From NCBI GenBank assembly GCA_965204725.1, contig OZ242005.1, forward strand, positions 1,024,001 to 1,088,000: a DNA stretch of 64,000 bases, given 5' to 3'. This stretch comes from Candidatus Latescibacterota bacterium (lineage in GTDB: Bacteria > Latescibacterota > UBA2968 > UBA8231). The translations under genes were made by a program, and so were the position numbers. Numbering within the stretch: position 1 is the stretch's first letter; each line of letters opens with the position of its first letter. The notes below the pieces were generated by a model. The model worked only from the letters and a program-made list of their open reading frames with translations, was not told the origin of the DNA and ran no database searches. Below are positions 47,398 to 56,910 of this stretch, piece after piece.

Positions 47398-49559
47398 TGC
47401 CAAACTTTCAGGTTGTCGTAGTAGATTGCAGCGGGAGAATAGCCGTAGAGCCCGGGGCTGCCGCTGCGGTTGGGCAGCGGGTCGATCGCTTGGATGGTCC
47501 ACCTAGCTGGCTCCGGCTCGTCGCGGGGCCAGACCTTGCCGCGGATATGGGCTGCATCGCCTTCGATTTCCACCTGCATCTTCATGGTGTACCAGACGCC
47601 GGGCGCAAAGGCGAAGGGAACGGTTTTGGCCATGCGCAGTTCGGCGGCCCAAGTGCGGACCTGCAACTGCTGGTGATAGCCCATCAGGTCGAGGGTGTAG
47701 CGCTGGGCAATCAGCCCCATGTCGGGGACGGCGCGGCCCTTCTTATTGCCGAGCAGGTCGGCTTGGATGGTGTAACCGGCCATGTCGGGCGGGCCGAAAT
47801 ACGTGTTGGCGCGGTGCAAGCCGCGCGCGGCCGGCGGCTTGACCAACACCTTGTTGCCCGCTATTGCGCGCACCTTGAATTTGCTGCCCACGCCGACCCA
47901 AGCCGGCGCGGCCTCAGCGGCGAACCCCTCAAAGTCTTCGCGGTAGGTCGGCGGCGGCAGCACGGCGATGCGCGCTTGGGCGGTCAATGCGCCGGTGCGG
48001 GCGGTGATGGTGCCGCCGCTCGGTGCATCTGCGAGCGTGAGCACGTCGTCGTCGAGTTGGCCGACCGGGCCGGCGAGCGACCACTCGGCGGCGACCGGCC
48101 CGATCCGGCGGCCCTGCGCGTCGAAGGCCCGAGCGCGCAACGACACGCGGGCCTTCGGCGGGGCTGCTACTTCGGCGGGAATGAGTTGCAGGAGCGCCGG
48201 TTGCGCGCTGGGGGGCGCTTGTTCGCGCGGGTAGTTGGCCTCGGTTGCTGCGACCTCGAACTGCGCGGCTGGGTCGCCGAGGCAGTACAGGCCCGCTTCT
48301 GTGGAAAGGTAGAGGCGGCCGTAGGCGATGGCGGGCGATCCGAACAGCTCGGCCGGTCGACCGTCGGGCATTGCAATTTCGGCGCGGTCGAGCGTCTCGG
48401 CGTCGTCGGGGCCAAGGGCGACGATGGCGAAGCGGCCGTTGACCTCGGGCGCGTAGAGCCGGCCGTCGGCCAACACGGGCGACCCCTTGCCGACGGTGCC
48501 GATGTTGTGGATCCAGTGCAGTTGGCCGGTCTCGGCCGCGAACGCGTGGATGTTGGCCGAGTTGTCGATGATGTACAAGCGGCCGTCGTGGACTACCGGG
48601 CTGCTATAGCCGGCGAAAATGCCGTCGTAACGCCAGACTTCGTGAGTGTTGGTGACGTCGCCTCGTCCGGTGGCGTCGATGCACACGACGCGGCCGAGGG
48701 CGGTATTGTCGAGGTTTTCCTCGCTGTGGGCCGCGTACACCTTGTCGCCGGCGACGACGACCGAGGAGTTGATGCCGCGCCGACTGAGCTTAAAGCCCCA
48801 CGCTGTCTCGCCAGTGCGGATTTGCAGCGCGTAGATGGCACCGTCGGCATTGCCGCCGATGAGCAGGCGGACGCCGTTGATGACGGCGACGACGGGCACG
48901 GAGTACGTGGTGTCGAGCGGCCGGCCCCCTGGGGTGGCGATCCAGACGACTTGGCCGCTGCGCTTGTCAAAGGCGAAGTAGCGGTGGCGGCCCGGGGTGT
49001 GGTCGCCCCAATTGGAGCTGAGATAGCTGATGATGACGAGGTCTTCATCGACTACGGGAGTGTGGACGCGGCCACCGTACCCGGAGATGCGCCCAAATTC
49101 CTCGGTCAGCGACCGCGACCAGACGACTTGGCCGTCGCGATCAAAGCAAAAGAACAGCCCGCTGACCGTGTGGGCATAGACATAGCCGGTCTCTGGGTCG
49201 CCGGCGAGGCTGGCCCAGCCGACGCGGTTGAAGGGGATAGTGGTGTGGAAGATGTTGTAGGGGTGTTCCCACAGCAGGCCCCCGTCTCGGGCGTCAAAGG
49301 CGGCCACGACGCCTTCTCGGGCGATACCCTCGCCGCGCCGGCCAATGACAAAGACCCGGCCATTGAGGACGATGGGGGTCGAGCGGCCGGTGAATTCGGC
49401 GCGCCAGACCGGCGACCAAGATGAGACGAGGCCGGTTTCTTCGGAGACGCCGGTTTGCGCCGGGCCGCGCCAAGAAGGCCAGTCGGCTGAAAAAGCACTC
49501 GCAGCGACGAGCAGGAGGCCAAAAAGGACGAAGAGAAGGTTCAGGCGGAGGTTGGGCAC
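47394..49559 (-). CDS. Secreted PQQ-like/BamB beta-propeller protein with C-terminal beta-sandwich domains
   Basis: ADWPSWRGP...G.S.E, GRSTP and YSSPV..DG repeats. GTG start at 49559. Confidence 0.85.
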   Translation of the reverse strand: MPNLRLNLLFVLFGLLLVAASAFSADWPSWRGPAQTGVSEETGLVSSWSPVWRAEFTGRSTPIVLNGRVFVIGRRGEGIAREGVVAAFDARDGGLLWEHPYNIFHTTIPFNRVGWASLAGDPETGYVYAHTVSGLFFCFDRDGQVVWSRSLTEEFGRISGYGGRVHTPVVDEDLVIISYLSSNWGDHTPGRHRYFAFDKRSGQVVWIATPGGRPLDTTYSVPVVAVINGVRLLIGGNADGAIYALQIRTGETAWGFKLSRRGINSSVVVAGDKVYAAHSEENLDNTALGRVVCIDATGRGDVTNTHEVWRYDGIFAGYSSPVVHDGRLYIIDNSANIHAFAAETGQLHWIHNIGTVGKGSPVLADGRLYAPEVNGRFAIVALGPDDAETLDRAEIAMPDGRPAELFGSPAIAYGRLYLSTEAGLYCLGDPAAQFEVAATEANYPREQAPPSAQPALLQLIPAEVAAPPKARVSLRARAFDAQGRRIGPVAAEWSLAGPVGQLDDDVLTLADAPSGGTITARTGALTAQARIAVLPPPTYREDFEGFAAEAAPAWVGVGSKFKVRAIAGNKVLVKPPAARGLHRANTYFGPPDMAGYTIQADLLGNKKGRAVPDMGLIAQRYTLDLMGYHQQLQVRTWAAELRMAKTVPFAFAPGVWYTMKMQVEIEGDAAHIRGKVWPRDEPEPARWTIQAIDPLPNRSGSPGLYGYSPAAIYYDNLKVWQ

Positions 49560-49678
49560 GGCGCGTCTGCCTCGATCGGGGTGGCGGTTCAACATGCGTT
49601 GGCTACAGGGTACATAATGGACGCCGCCAATCCTTGTCAATTTAGCGATGCGGCGAGCCACGGGGCCGAGTTCATTCT

Positions 49679-50668
49679 TTACGGGCGTCGCGCCTCGCGC
49701 TCCACTAACGCGCTGATGGCTTCGAGGTCGAGGTCGCGGCCGTCTTGGGGATAGGGGTAAGGCAAAAGCCACCAATCCTCAGTAAAGGAGGCTTCGCCGC
49801 CGGGCGGAATATCCTCGCGCGGCCCAATCGGCTCCAACTCGCACATCAGGTCTTGGTAATACCAGATCGAAATAGTCAGCCCGGCCAGTTCGCCGTAGGG
49901 GCGGTCGGGGTACACGGGATAGCGCTTGACCCACAGCAGGTCGTTGCGGTCGAGGTACGCGAACCACCCGGCTTGCGAGTCCATGCCGAGCTTGGGGTTG
50001 AGCGGCGTGGAAAGGATTTCGAGGAAGTTGTCGCGGATGCGGATATTGGGGTCTTCGGGCCGGTAGTTGATGACCGGGCCGGGGCCGTACATGACATAGG
50101 AGGCCGGGAAGCGGCTCGCCGGCGTCAGGGGGATGAGCACGATGCCGCCGCCCGTGCCAAAGGTGCGGCTCCAGTGCCCCCAGTGTTTTTCGCGGTCGGA
50201 GACGTTTTTGATGGTTTGGGTGACGCGCAAGTGCGTGGAATGCTCGGCGAGTGCGAAGTCGCGGATGAGTTGGACGCCGGTGGGCGCGTCCTTTTTGCTG
50301 ATTAGGCGCGCCGAGCGCGGGCCGGTAATCTGGCTTTCCCACGGCCCGAGCCAGAGGTCGGGATGAGCCGGGATGACCATTTCCGGGCCGATGTCGAGGC
50401 GGCCGCCCGTAGGACCAAAGGGCGGGGCACCGTCGGCAAAGGTCGCGCCTGCTTGCGCGGGGTCGAGGTAGATGGCGTTGGGGCCTTTGCGCGAGTATTC
50501 GAGGATGCGGCCAGCCGATCCGGTGAGGACGACGCGGGTGTGGGCGTTTTCGAGCAAGATGCAGTCCTCGTAGCCGAAGTACGGGATGCGGTCCGTTCCG
50601 GGCATGTTGGGCTCGGCTCCTGTTTGGATGGCGGTTAGGGTGACAAGTAGAAGCGTTAGTCGGCGCAT
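49679..50668 (-). CDS. Secreted hypothetical protein, possibly galactose-mutarotase-like fold (DUF4380-like)
   Basis: Signal peptide. GRILEY, GGR..IGPE and ELE..GP motifs. Confidence 0.6.
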   Translation of the reverse strand: MRRLTLLLVTLTAIQTGAEPNMPGTDRIPYFGYEDCILLENAHTRVVLTGSAGRILEYSRKGPNAIYLDPAQAGATFADGAPPFGPTGGRLDIGPEMVIPAHPDLWLGPWESQITGPRSARLISKKDAPTGVQLIRDFALAEHSTHLRVTQTIKNVSDREKHWGHWSRTFGTGGGIVLIPLTPASRFPASYVMYGPGPVINYRPEDPNIRIRDNFLEILSTPLNPKLGMDSQAGWFAYLDRNDLLWVKRYPVYPDRPYGELAGLTISIWYYQDLMCELEPIGPREDIPPGGEASFTEDWWLLPYPYPQDGRDLDLEAISALVEREARRP

Positions 50669-50744
50669 AGTGCGGTTCCTCTCGTTATATAGCAGTCCTA
50701 AGTGACCAGCATGACACCGAGACGCAGCTTCGTGCCCCAGCCCT

Positions 50745-50772
50745 TGTCATACTGAGCGAAGCGAAGTATCTC
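50745..50772. repeat. REP-like element TGTCATACTGAGCGAAGCGAAGTATCTC
   Basis: Intergenic. ATACT/AGTAT arms around GAGCGAAGCGA. It shares the GTCAT start with the repeat at 17758. Confidence 0.6.
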
Positions 50773-50812
50773 ATACCCAAAAATCCATCTAAGCGATGGC
50801 CCGCAACGTCCG

Positions 50813-51787
50813 TTAGTGATTGGGATTGACGATGACGCGGCCCTGTACTTTGCCGGCTAAGATGTCCTTGCCGAGGCGGGGGACCTCGGCTAAACCAACC
50901 TCCGTGCAGATGCGGTCTAATTTTTCCAAGGGCAGTTCGGCCGCCAAGCGCACCCAAGCACCCGTGCGGCGATCAATGGGGTAGAAGACCGAGTCGATGC
51001 CGAGGATGTTGACCCCGCGCAGCAAGAAGGGGAGGACGGTGGTTGCGAGTTGAGCACCGCCGGCTAAGCCCACGGCGGCGACCGAACCCCCGTAGGCCAT
51101 CTGGGCCAAGACGCGGGCCAAGGTGGTGCCTCCGACCGAGTCGATGCAGGCGGCCCAGCGCGCACTTTCCAAGGGTTTGTCGGATGGCTCGGCGAGGGCT
51201 GGGCGCGGAATGATGGTCTGGGCGCCGAGGTCTTTTAGATAGGGTTCGAGTTCGGGGCGGCCAGTAGATGCGGCGACTGAATAGCCCAGCGCGGCGAGCA
51301 GCAAAACCGATAAGGAGCCGACGCCGCCGGCCGCGCCCGTGACGAGAACTTCGCCTTGGTCCGGCGCGAGCCCGTGCGCTTCGAGTCTTTCTAAGGAGAT
51401 CGCCGCGGTCAGGCCGGCCGCGCCCAAGCCCATGGCGGTCCTCAGCGTGAGGCCAGCAGGGAGGGGCACGAGCCAGTCGGCCTTGAGCCGCGCCTTTTGC
51501 GCGTAGCCGCCCCAGTGGATTTCGCCGACGCGCCAGCCGGTGCATATAACTTGGTCGCCGGGTTGGAACGAGTCGCTTTGGCTGTGGACGACGGTGCCGG
51601 CGAGGTCAATGCCCGGGACGTGGGGATAGGTTTTGACCAAGCCGCCTAGGCCGTTGAGGATCATCCCGTCCTTGTAGTTGAGCGAGGAGTACGCAACGGC
51701 GATTTCTACATCGCCGCGAGGGAGGCGGCTTTCGTCGAGTTCTTCAACGAGGGCGGAGTGCTGATGTAAGACGAGTGCTTTGAACAT
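50813..51787 (-). CDS. acuI: YhdH/AcuI family MDR oxidoreductase (acryloyl-CoA reductase-like)
   Basis: YSSLNYKD, PGIDLAG, VLVTGAAGG, TTVLPFLLRGV..LGIDSV and G...GR. Confidence 0.85.
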   Translation of the reverse strand: MFKALVLHQHSALVEELDESRLPRGDVEIAVAYSSLNYKDGMILNGLGGLVKTYPHVPGIDLAGTVVHSQSDSFQPGDQVICTGWRVGEIHWGGYAQKARLKADWLVPLPAGLTLRTAMGLGAAGLTAAISLERLEAHGLAPDQGEVLVTGAAGGVGSLSVLLLAALGYSVAASTGRPELEPYLKDLGAQTIIPRPALAEPSDKPLESARWAACIDSVGGTTLARVLAQMAYGGSVAAVGLAGGAQLATTVLPFLLRGVNILGIDSVFYPIDRRTGAWVRLAAELPLEKLDRICTEVGLAEVPRLGKDILAGKVQGRVIVNPNH

Positions 51788-51884
51788 GGTTTATGTGATT
51801 GAATAGGGGATTCGGCCGACAGACGATCTGCCGGGGGATTATGGTATTGCCTCCGCTCGAAATCCGCAACTAACCGCGTTGGCC

Positions 51885-52355
51885 TCAAAATCCCCTGATA
51901 AGCCTCGGGTCGAAGTCGAACTCAGTGGAGCGACCAATGCGTATTTGCGCGAAATCGGGATGCTGTGGATTTAGGAGGAAATTGTGTTCCTGCGGAACGA
52001 CGGCACTGGGCACGACGAGCACGGCGGATTCGCAAGCGGTGGCCCACCTAGTGCCCATCTCTTGGACATTTGGCGGCACTGGATCGGATGCCCAATTATC
52101 GGGTAAGGCGTCTAATGCCAGTACCTTGCACAGGCTGTCGTCAAATTCGACCGGAATGCTCAGATACCGGTCGAGGGTTGCGGCCGAGTCGAGGTTGACG
52201 AGGATTTCGAGTGTGGCCAACGACAGGGATTCCGCCGTGTAGATGATAGGGGTGCCGCGGCGATTCCAGCGTCCCCCGAAAAGACGCGCTCCTGTTCCTT
52301 CAAAGGCCCGGTCCGCAAAGCGCGTCTGGACGATGCGCCAAGCTCGGATGATCAC
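51885..52355 (-). CDS. RES-domain toxin
   Basis: G.GA...GGRWN..G, Y....SLA.LE and VPSAVVP.E.N.LLNP.HPDF. Confidence 0.92.
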   Translation of the reverse strand: MIIRAWRIVQTRFADRAFEGTGARLFGGRWNRRGTPIIYTAESLSLATLEILVNLDSAATLDRYLSIPVEFDDSLCKVLALDALPDNWASDPVPPNVQEMGTRWATACESAVLVVPSAVVPQEHNFLLNPQHPDFAQIRIGRSTEFDFDPRLIRGF

Positions 52356-52882
52356 GAGAATACGCCGTATTCGAGGCGACCGAGGAGGTTTTCGACCTCG
52401 CGGGCACCCGGCTCGGTGTCGGCGTATTGCAGGGGCGTCTTCATGCCGAGGGCCTTCTTAGGCTCTTTGAACCACGCCCTCGCTCGCTCTGGGTCGCCCA
52501 AGACCTCAATCGCCCGGTCGTATAGAGCGGCAATGCGGAATAGGCGCTCGGATTCATCGGTTTGGAGGCGGCCTTCTTTGCGGCGGCGATTAAGCGTCCG
52601 TACCGCGATATTAGCCGCGCTGGCCAAGGTCTTGGCCGGTACAGCCATGGCGACTTGAAGGCGGTCAAAGGCGTTGATCGGCAACCCGCGCTTGAGCTGG
52701 CGGATCAGGGTTCCGGTATCTTTGCACGACAGTCCTGCAGAGGCCCCGTAAGAGGGGCTGGAGTGGGCATCCGCGCTGATGGTCGAGGCGTCCAAAGGCT
52801 TTGTGCCCTCGGAAGCCCAAACGTAAGTGCCCATGGGTTTATTTGGTTTTTTAGACGATGGAGACATGGCGGCTTCAGGCAT
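52352..52882 (-). CDS. Xre/MbcA/ParS-type antitoxin (start uncertain)
   Basis: GLP, RTL.RR...G.L...ESER, A..W...P..ALG..PL and V..LLGRLEYGVFS. ATGA overlap with the toxin. Confidence 0.9.
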   Translation of the reverse strand: MPEAAMSPSSKKPNKPMGTYVWASEGTKPLDASTISADAHSSPSYGASAGLSCKDTGTLIRQLKRGLPINAFDRLQVAMAVPAKTLASAANIAVRTLNRRRKEGRLQTDESERLFRIAALYDRAIEVLGDPERARAWFKEPKKALGMKTPLQYADTEPGAREVENLLGRLEYGVFS

Positions 52883-53636
52883 TGCAGACCGAGAAGGCGT
52901 GGGTCAGGGAGTCAATAGGGTCGTCCTTGGGCCGGTACTCGTGGCCGACGTAGCCTGCGTAGGAAGTGGCGGCGATGGCTCGCATGATCGGCGGGTAGTA
53001 AATCTCCTGCTGATCGTCGAGGTCTTGGCGGCCGGGGTTGCCGGCCGTGTGGAAGTGGCCAATGCAGTCGATGTGCGCGGTGATGTTGCGGATGAGATCG
53101 CCTTCCATGATCTGCATGTGGTAGATGTCGTAGAGGAGCTTGAACCGGGGCGAGTCCACGGCCCGGCACAGGGCCGCGCCCCAAGCGGTGCGGTCGCACT
53201 GGTAGTCGGGATGGTTGACGCGCGAGTTGAGCAATTCCATGCACAGGGTAATGCCTTTTTCCTCGGCGGTCCCGGTGACGCGGCGCAAACCGGCGACGCA
53301 GTTGGCAAGCCCCTCTTCTGAGGACCGGCCCTCGCAGTTGCCGGAAAAGCAAATCAGCGAGGGGATGCCGTATTCAACGGCGAGGTCGCAGTGGGCGAGG
53401 AGCTCGTCTTCGATGCGGTCGTGGTTTTCGGGCTTGTTGAGGCCGTCGGGCAGGGAGGCATGGCCGGCGACAATGGCGATGGCAAGCCCGTGGTCTTGGA
53501 TGAGCGGCCAGTGCTCTTGGGGGGCCATCTCCACGGACTGGTAGCCAATGCGGGCGGCGGCCGCGACCAGCGCTTGCGGGCTGAGGCCGCTACCGGTGAA
53601 GGGATTGAAGCAGACGGATTGTTTGATGGCCGGCAT
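52875..53636 (-). CDS. Hydroxypyruvate isomerase-like TIM barrel protein
   Basis: ELLNSRVNHPDY, LLYDIYHMQIMEGD, HTAGNPGR and GHEY.P. Confidence 0.88.
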   Translation of the reverse strand: MPAIKQSVCFNPFTGSGLSPQALVAAAARIGYQSVEMAPQEHWPLIQDHGLAIAIVAGHASLPDGLNKPENHDRIEDELLAHCDLAVEYGIPSLICFSGNCEGRSSEEGLANCVAGLRRVTGTAEEKGITLCMELLNSRVNHPDYQCDRTAWGAALCRAVDSPRFKLLYDIYHMQIMEGDLIRNITAHIDCIGHFHTAGNPGRQDLDDQQEIYYPPIMRAIAATSYAGYVGHEYRPKDDPIDSLTHAFSVCNA

Positions 53637-53639
53637 ACG

Positions 53640-55127
53640 CTAGGCTCCTGTGCCGAACATTTCGGCAACCGGGGTAAAAGGGGCATCGGGTTCGAGCGGG
53701 TACATGGGCCGCTGGCAAACGCGGTGCCCGAGCGTGGGCAGGTTCGCGCTGGTCGAGCCGAGGGCGTCGATGTTGAAGTTTACCTCGGCCCACTCGTCGA
53801 AAAAGTGCCACTGACAGTGCGGCGACTTGATGACGATGAGGTCGTAGTCCTTGGGATTGATGTCGTGGGCCATAAAGACCGAGCGATCGATAAAGGGCAC
53901 GGAGCGGCTGACGCAGACGATGGTGAATGCGTCGCTTGCTAGCACGGCCGTAGGCCCGGCGTGCTGGGGCGTGTTCCAAGATTCGCAGACATATTCGCCG
54001 TCGCCGAGTTGGGTGACTTCGACTGCGAGGTCGAGCGGGGCAAAGCGCGAGTCGAGCGAGCCGCCCAAAACCACGTGGATGCGGGCGCCGAGCCCGGCGT
54101 CGTGGGCCATGTACGCGGCGGGCGCATCCACCAGCGGCGCGAGCACTCGGCCCGAGTACCCGCTGGCGTGCAGGGCGTGGAGGAGGACATTGCTGTCGCC
54201 GGTCGCGCCCGAGGAGGGGGCGTCGGCCGCGTCGGTAAAGAGCACCGGACCGCTGTATTGCGCGGCTTGGGCTACGGCGTCTTCGACCGACACGAGGTCG
54301 GGCTGCATGAGGGCGCGATGTTCCCAGAAGTTGGCGGCGAGGTGGAGGGCCTCGCTGCGGGCGAGGTCCGGGTCGGCATCGGCCACGACGATGGCTTGCG
54401 AGCACAGCTCGGGCACATCGGTGAACGGATTGCCGATCATCACGCCGGCCGCGAGGATGTCGGGTTGCTCCTCTAGGGCTTGGCAGTAGCGGATGGACTC
54501 GCCGTACACGCCCGAGGCGGTGATGAGCTCGTTGCCGCGCACGAGCGCGGGTATCCGCACCCGGGCCACCACCGGCTGAGCACCGGCGAGGACTTGGAGG
54601 AGCAAGTACGCGGCGCGGCGACCCGTGTCGGCCAAATCCACGTGCGGATAGGTGTGATAGATCGCGAGGCCGTTGGAGTGCTCCAGCATGCGATGGGTGA
54701 GGATGCCGTGGAGGTCTTGCGAGATCACGATGGGGAAATCGGGACCGGCGCTGAGGCGGAGCTGTTGCAGCAAGTAGCCCTCCGGGTCGAGCTCCTCGGT
54801 GCAGCCCATAGCCCCGTGCAAGCAGCAGTACAGGCCGTCGGCTTCGGCTAGGTGCGGCGCGACCGCGTCGAGCAACTCGGCGGCAAGGCGCTCGAAGTCC
54901 CGTTGGTCTAAAGGCCCGGCCGAGGGGGCGCAGGCCCCGTAGGTGGGGATGACCTCGACGTGGCTGTCGGCAAACACCTGCAAGGCACCGCTCAGCTCGG
55001 TCTCGCGGCCTTGGTGATAGGCGAGCAACTCGGGGCCGCGGCGGATGGAGAAATTGTCGTACGTGCCGATGATCGGGTTGAAGGAAGAGATTTCTTGCTT
55101 GCACTCGGCGACGAGGATGCGGAACAT
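53640..55127 (-). CDS. M81 family metallopeptidase (MlrC-like)
   Basis: QEISSF, LHGAM, D.EG, DLH, TYPHVD, D.AD....G..GD and IKS..RP.YP. Confidence 0.9.
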   Translation of the reverse strand: MFRILVAECKQEISSFNPIIGTYDNFSIRRGPELLAYHQGRETELSGALQVFADSHVEVIPTYGACAPSAGPLDQRDFERLAAELLDAVAPHLAEADGLYCCLHGAMGCTEELDPEGYLLQQLRLSAGPDFPIVISQDLHGILTHRMLEHSNGLAIYHTYPHVDLADTGRRAAYLLLQVLAGAQPVVARVRIPALVRGNELITASGVYGESIRYCQALEEQPDILAAGVMIGNPFTDVPELCSQAIVVADADPDLARSEALHLAANFWEHRALMQPDLVSVEDAVAQAAQYSGPVLFTDAADAPSSGATGDSNVLLHALHASGYSGRVLAPLVDAPAAYMAHDAGLGARIHVVLGGSLDSRFAPLDLAVEVTQLGDGEYVCESWNTPQHAGPTAVLASDAFTIVCVSRSVPFIDRSVFMAHDINPKDYDLIVIKSPHCQWHFFDEWAEVNFNIDALGSTSANLPTLGHRVCQRPMYPLEPDAPFTPVAEMFGTGA

Positions 55128-55149
55128 GGGCGTCCGTTCGGTTAGTCGG

Positions 55150-56532
55150 TTAGGCTGGGGAGCGCGGGCGAATGTGAGGGCCTTGCGGGGTGTCTTCGAT
55201 TTCGTAGCCGGCCGCGGCGATTTCGTCGCGCAGGGCGTCGGCCGTAGCCCAGTCCTTGGCGGCGCGGGCCTGTTGCCGCTGGGCGGCGAGCGCGCCAATG
55301 GCGTCGGGGATGGCCGCCTCTTGCGGCGTCCACTCGGCCAGCCCCAAGCCCATGACTTGGTCGAAGTGCAAAATCGTGGCCTTCTTGGTTGCGGCGGGGA
55401 GATCGTCGGCCGCCAGCTCCCAGCACAGGGCGAGGACGCGCGGCAGGTTGAGGTCGTCTTCGACGCGCTCTTTGAACGCGGTCACATAGCGGTCCTCGGG
55501 TTCGGACGGCGCTCCCCAAGCGTGGGTCGCGGCGCGCAGCCGGTCAAGGGCTGTGGCCGCGCCGGCGAGGCTCTCGTAGGTAAAGGAGAGCTTGGCTCGG
55601 TAGCGCGCCCCGAGGCAAAAGAAGCGGTAGGCGAGCGGATCGTAGCCCGCTTCGACGAGGGATTCGAGGCGCAGGAAGTCGCCGCTCGACTTGGACATTT
55701 TCTCCCCGTCGAGCTGCAAAAACGCGCCGTGGAGCCAGAACTCGGCCAGCCGCGTGTCGTAGCAGGCTTGGGCTTGGGCAATTTCGTTGGTGTGGTGGAC
55801 CGGGATGTGGTCCTCGCCGCCGCAGTGGATGTCGAAGTACGGCCCCAAGTATTTGGCGGCCATGGCCGTGCATTCGATGTGCCAGCCGGGGAAGCCGCGG
55901 CCCCACGGGCTGTCCCACTCCATCTGCCGCTGCGTCTGGGCCGGGCTGAACTTCCACAGGGCAAAGTCCGTGACGCGGCGCTTTTGCCCGAGCTCGACGC
56001 GCTGGCCGCCTTGCAGGCCCTCGATGTCGAGGCGGGCGAGGTGGCCGTAGTCGTTCAGGCGCGCGGTGTCGAAGTACAGGCCGTCGTCCGTGCGGTACGC
56101 ATAGCCTTTTTCCTCAATCGCGGCGATGGCCGCAATCTGCTCGCGGATGTGGTCGGTGGCCCGGCACCAGACGTGGGGCGGGCGCACGTTGAGCCATTCG
56201 AGCTTTTCGCGAAAATCTGCGGTGTAGTGCTCGGCGATTTCCCAGGCCGACCGACCGGTGCGCCGCGCGCCGGCCTCCATTTTGTCCTCGCCGGTGTCCG
56301 CGTCTGAGGTCAGGTGCCCTACGTCGGTGATGTTGACGACGTGGTGAACCGCATAGCCGCTGTATTCGAGGGCGCGCCGCAGGATGTCCTCGAAGATGTA
56401 AGTGCGCAAGTTGCCGATGTGCTGGTAGTTGTACACGGTCGGGCCGCAGGCGTACAAGCGGACTTGGGGCGGCGCGAGCGGTTGGAAAGGGCGCGCTTGG
56501 CGGCTGTACGTGTCAAAGAGGCGGAGCGTCAT
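55150..56532 (-). CDS. cysS: Cysteine--tRNA ligase
   Basis: CGPTVY, HIGN, DFALWK, G.PGWHIEC, DIH.GG.D and KMSKS. Confidence 0.97.
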   Translation of the reverse strand: MTLRLFDTYSRQARPFQPLAPPQVRLYACGPTVYNYQHIGNLRTYIFEDILRRALEYSGYAVHHVVNITDVGHLTSDADTGEDKMEAGARRTGRSAWEIAEHYTADFREKLEWLNVRPPHVWCRATDHIREQIAAIAAIEEKGYAYRTDDGLYFDTARLNDYGHLARLDIEGLQGGQRVELGQKRRVTDFALWKFSPAQTQRQMEWDSPWGRGFPGWHIECTAMAAKYLGPYFDIHCGGEDHIPVHHTNEIAQAQACYDTRLAEFWLHGAFLQLDGEKMSKSSGDFLRLESLVEAGYDPLAYRFFCLGARYRAKLSFTYESLAGAATALDRLRAATHAWGAPSEPEDRYVTAFKERVEDDLNLPRVLALCWELAADDLPAATKKATILHFDQVMGLGLAEWTPQEAAIPDAIGALAAQRQQARAAKDWATADALRDEIAAAGYEIEDTPQGPHIRPRSPA

Positions 56533-56543
56533 AGCGCGAGGTC

Positions 56544-56765
56544 TCAGGCGTCGAGCTCGGCCAGCGATACAGGCCGGCTTTCCACCGCGCTTTTGACGGC
56601 CGCAAAAACCATGGCCAGCTCGGGGAAGTCGCATTCTGCGGCGGCGCGGGCGCGGTTTTGTGCGCTCGGCTCGACGCCAGCGACCACGTCAACCCCCGGC
56701 TGCTTTTGGCACTGGCCGAGCCAATAGCGGCCCCGGCCACCCAACCCTACGAGTATGGCTTTCAT
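56544..56765 (-). pseudogene. Internally deleted Gfo/Idh/MocA oxidoreductase remnant (73 aa)
   Basis: Rossmann start MKAILVGLGGRG is joined directly to the family's terminal helix LAMVFAAVKSA....V.L. Confidence 0.65.
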
Positions 56766-56836
56766 CTGCGTCCTTTCTCTTTCATTTATTATAAAATAAA
56801 GGGTTTGGCCTGCGGCGGGGCCAGTCGCTGAAAAAA

Positions 56837-56865
56837 TTGACAGGGTTGCAGCGCAGGGCTACCTT
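56837..56865 (+). promoter_or_regulatory. Sigma70 promoter TTGACA-17-TACCTT
   Basis: Consensus -35, a 17-nt spacer and an upstream A-tract, ahead of the rightward gene run starting at 56911. Confidence 0.6.
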
Positions 56866-56910
56866 TGGGCGGTTTTAACGCCGTCCCCTTGCCACTGAGG
56901 TACGCTTCTT

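Noticed and set aside
47397-49424. 675-aa plus-strand ORF
   Set aside because: Antisense shadow of the propeller gene. Such ORFs are expected in high-GC DNA and it has no recognisable motifs.
53590-56307. 504-aa and 420-aa ORFs over the M81 peptidase and cysS
   Set aside because: Shadow frames of well-supported genes.
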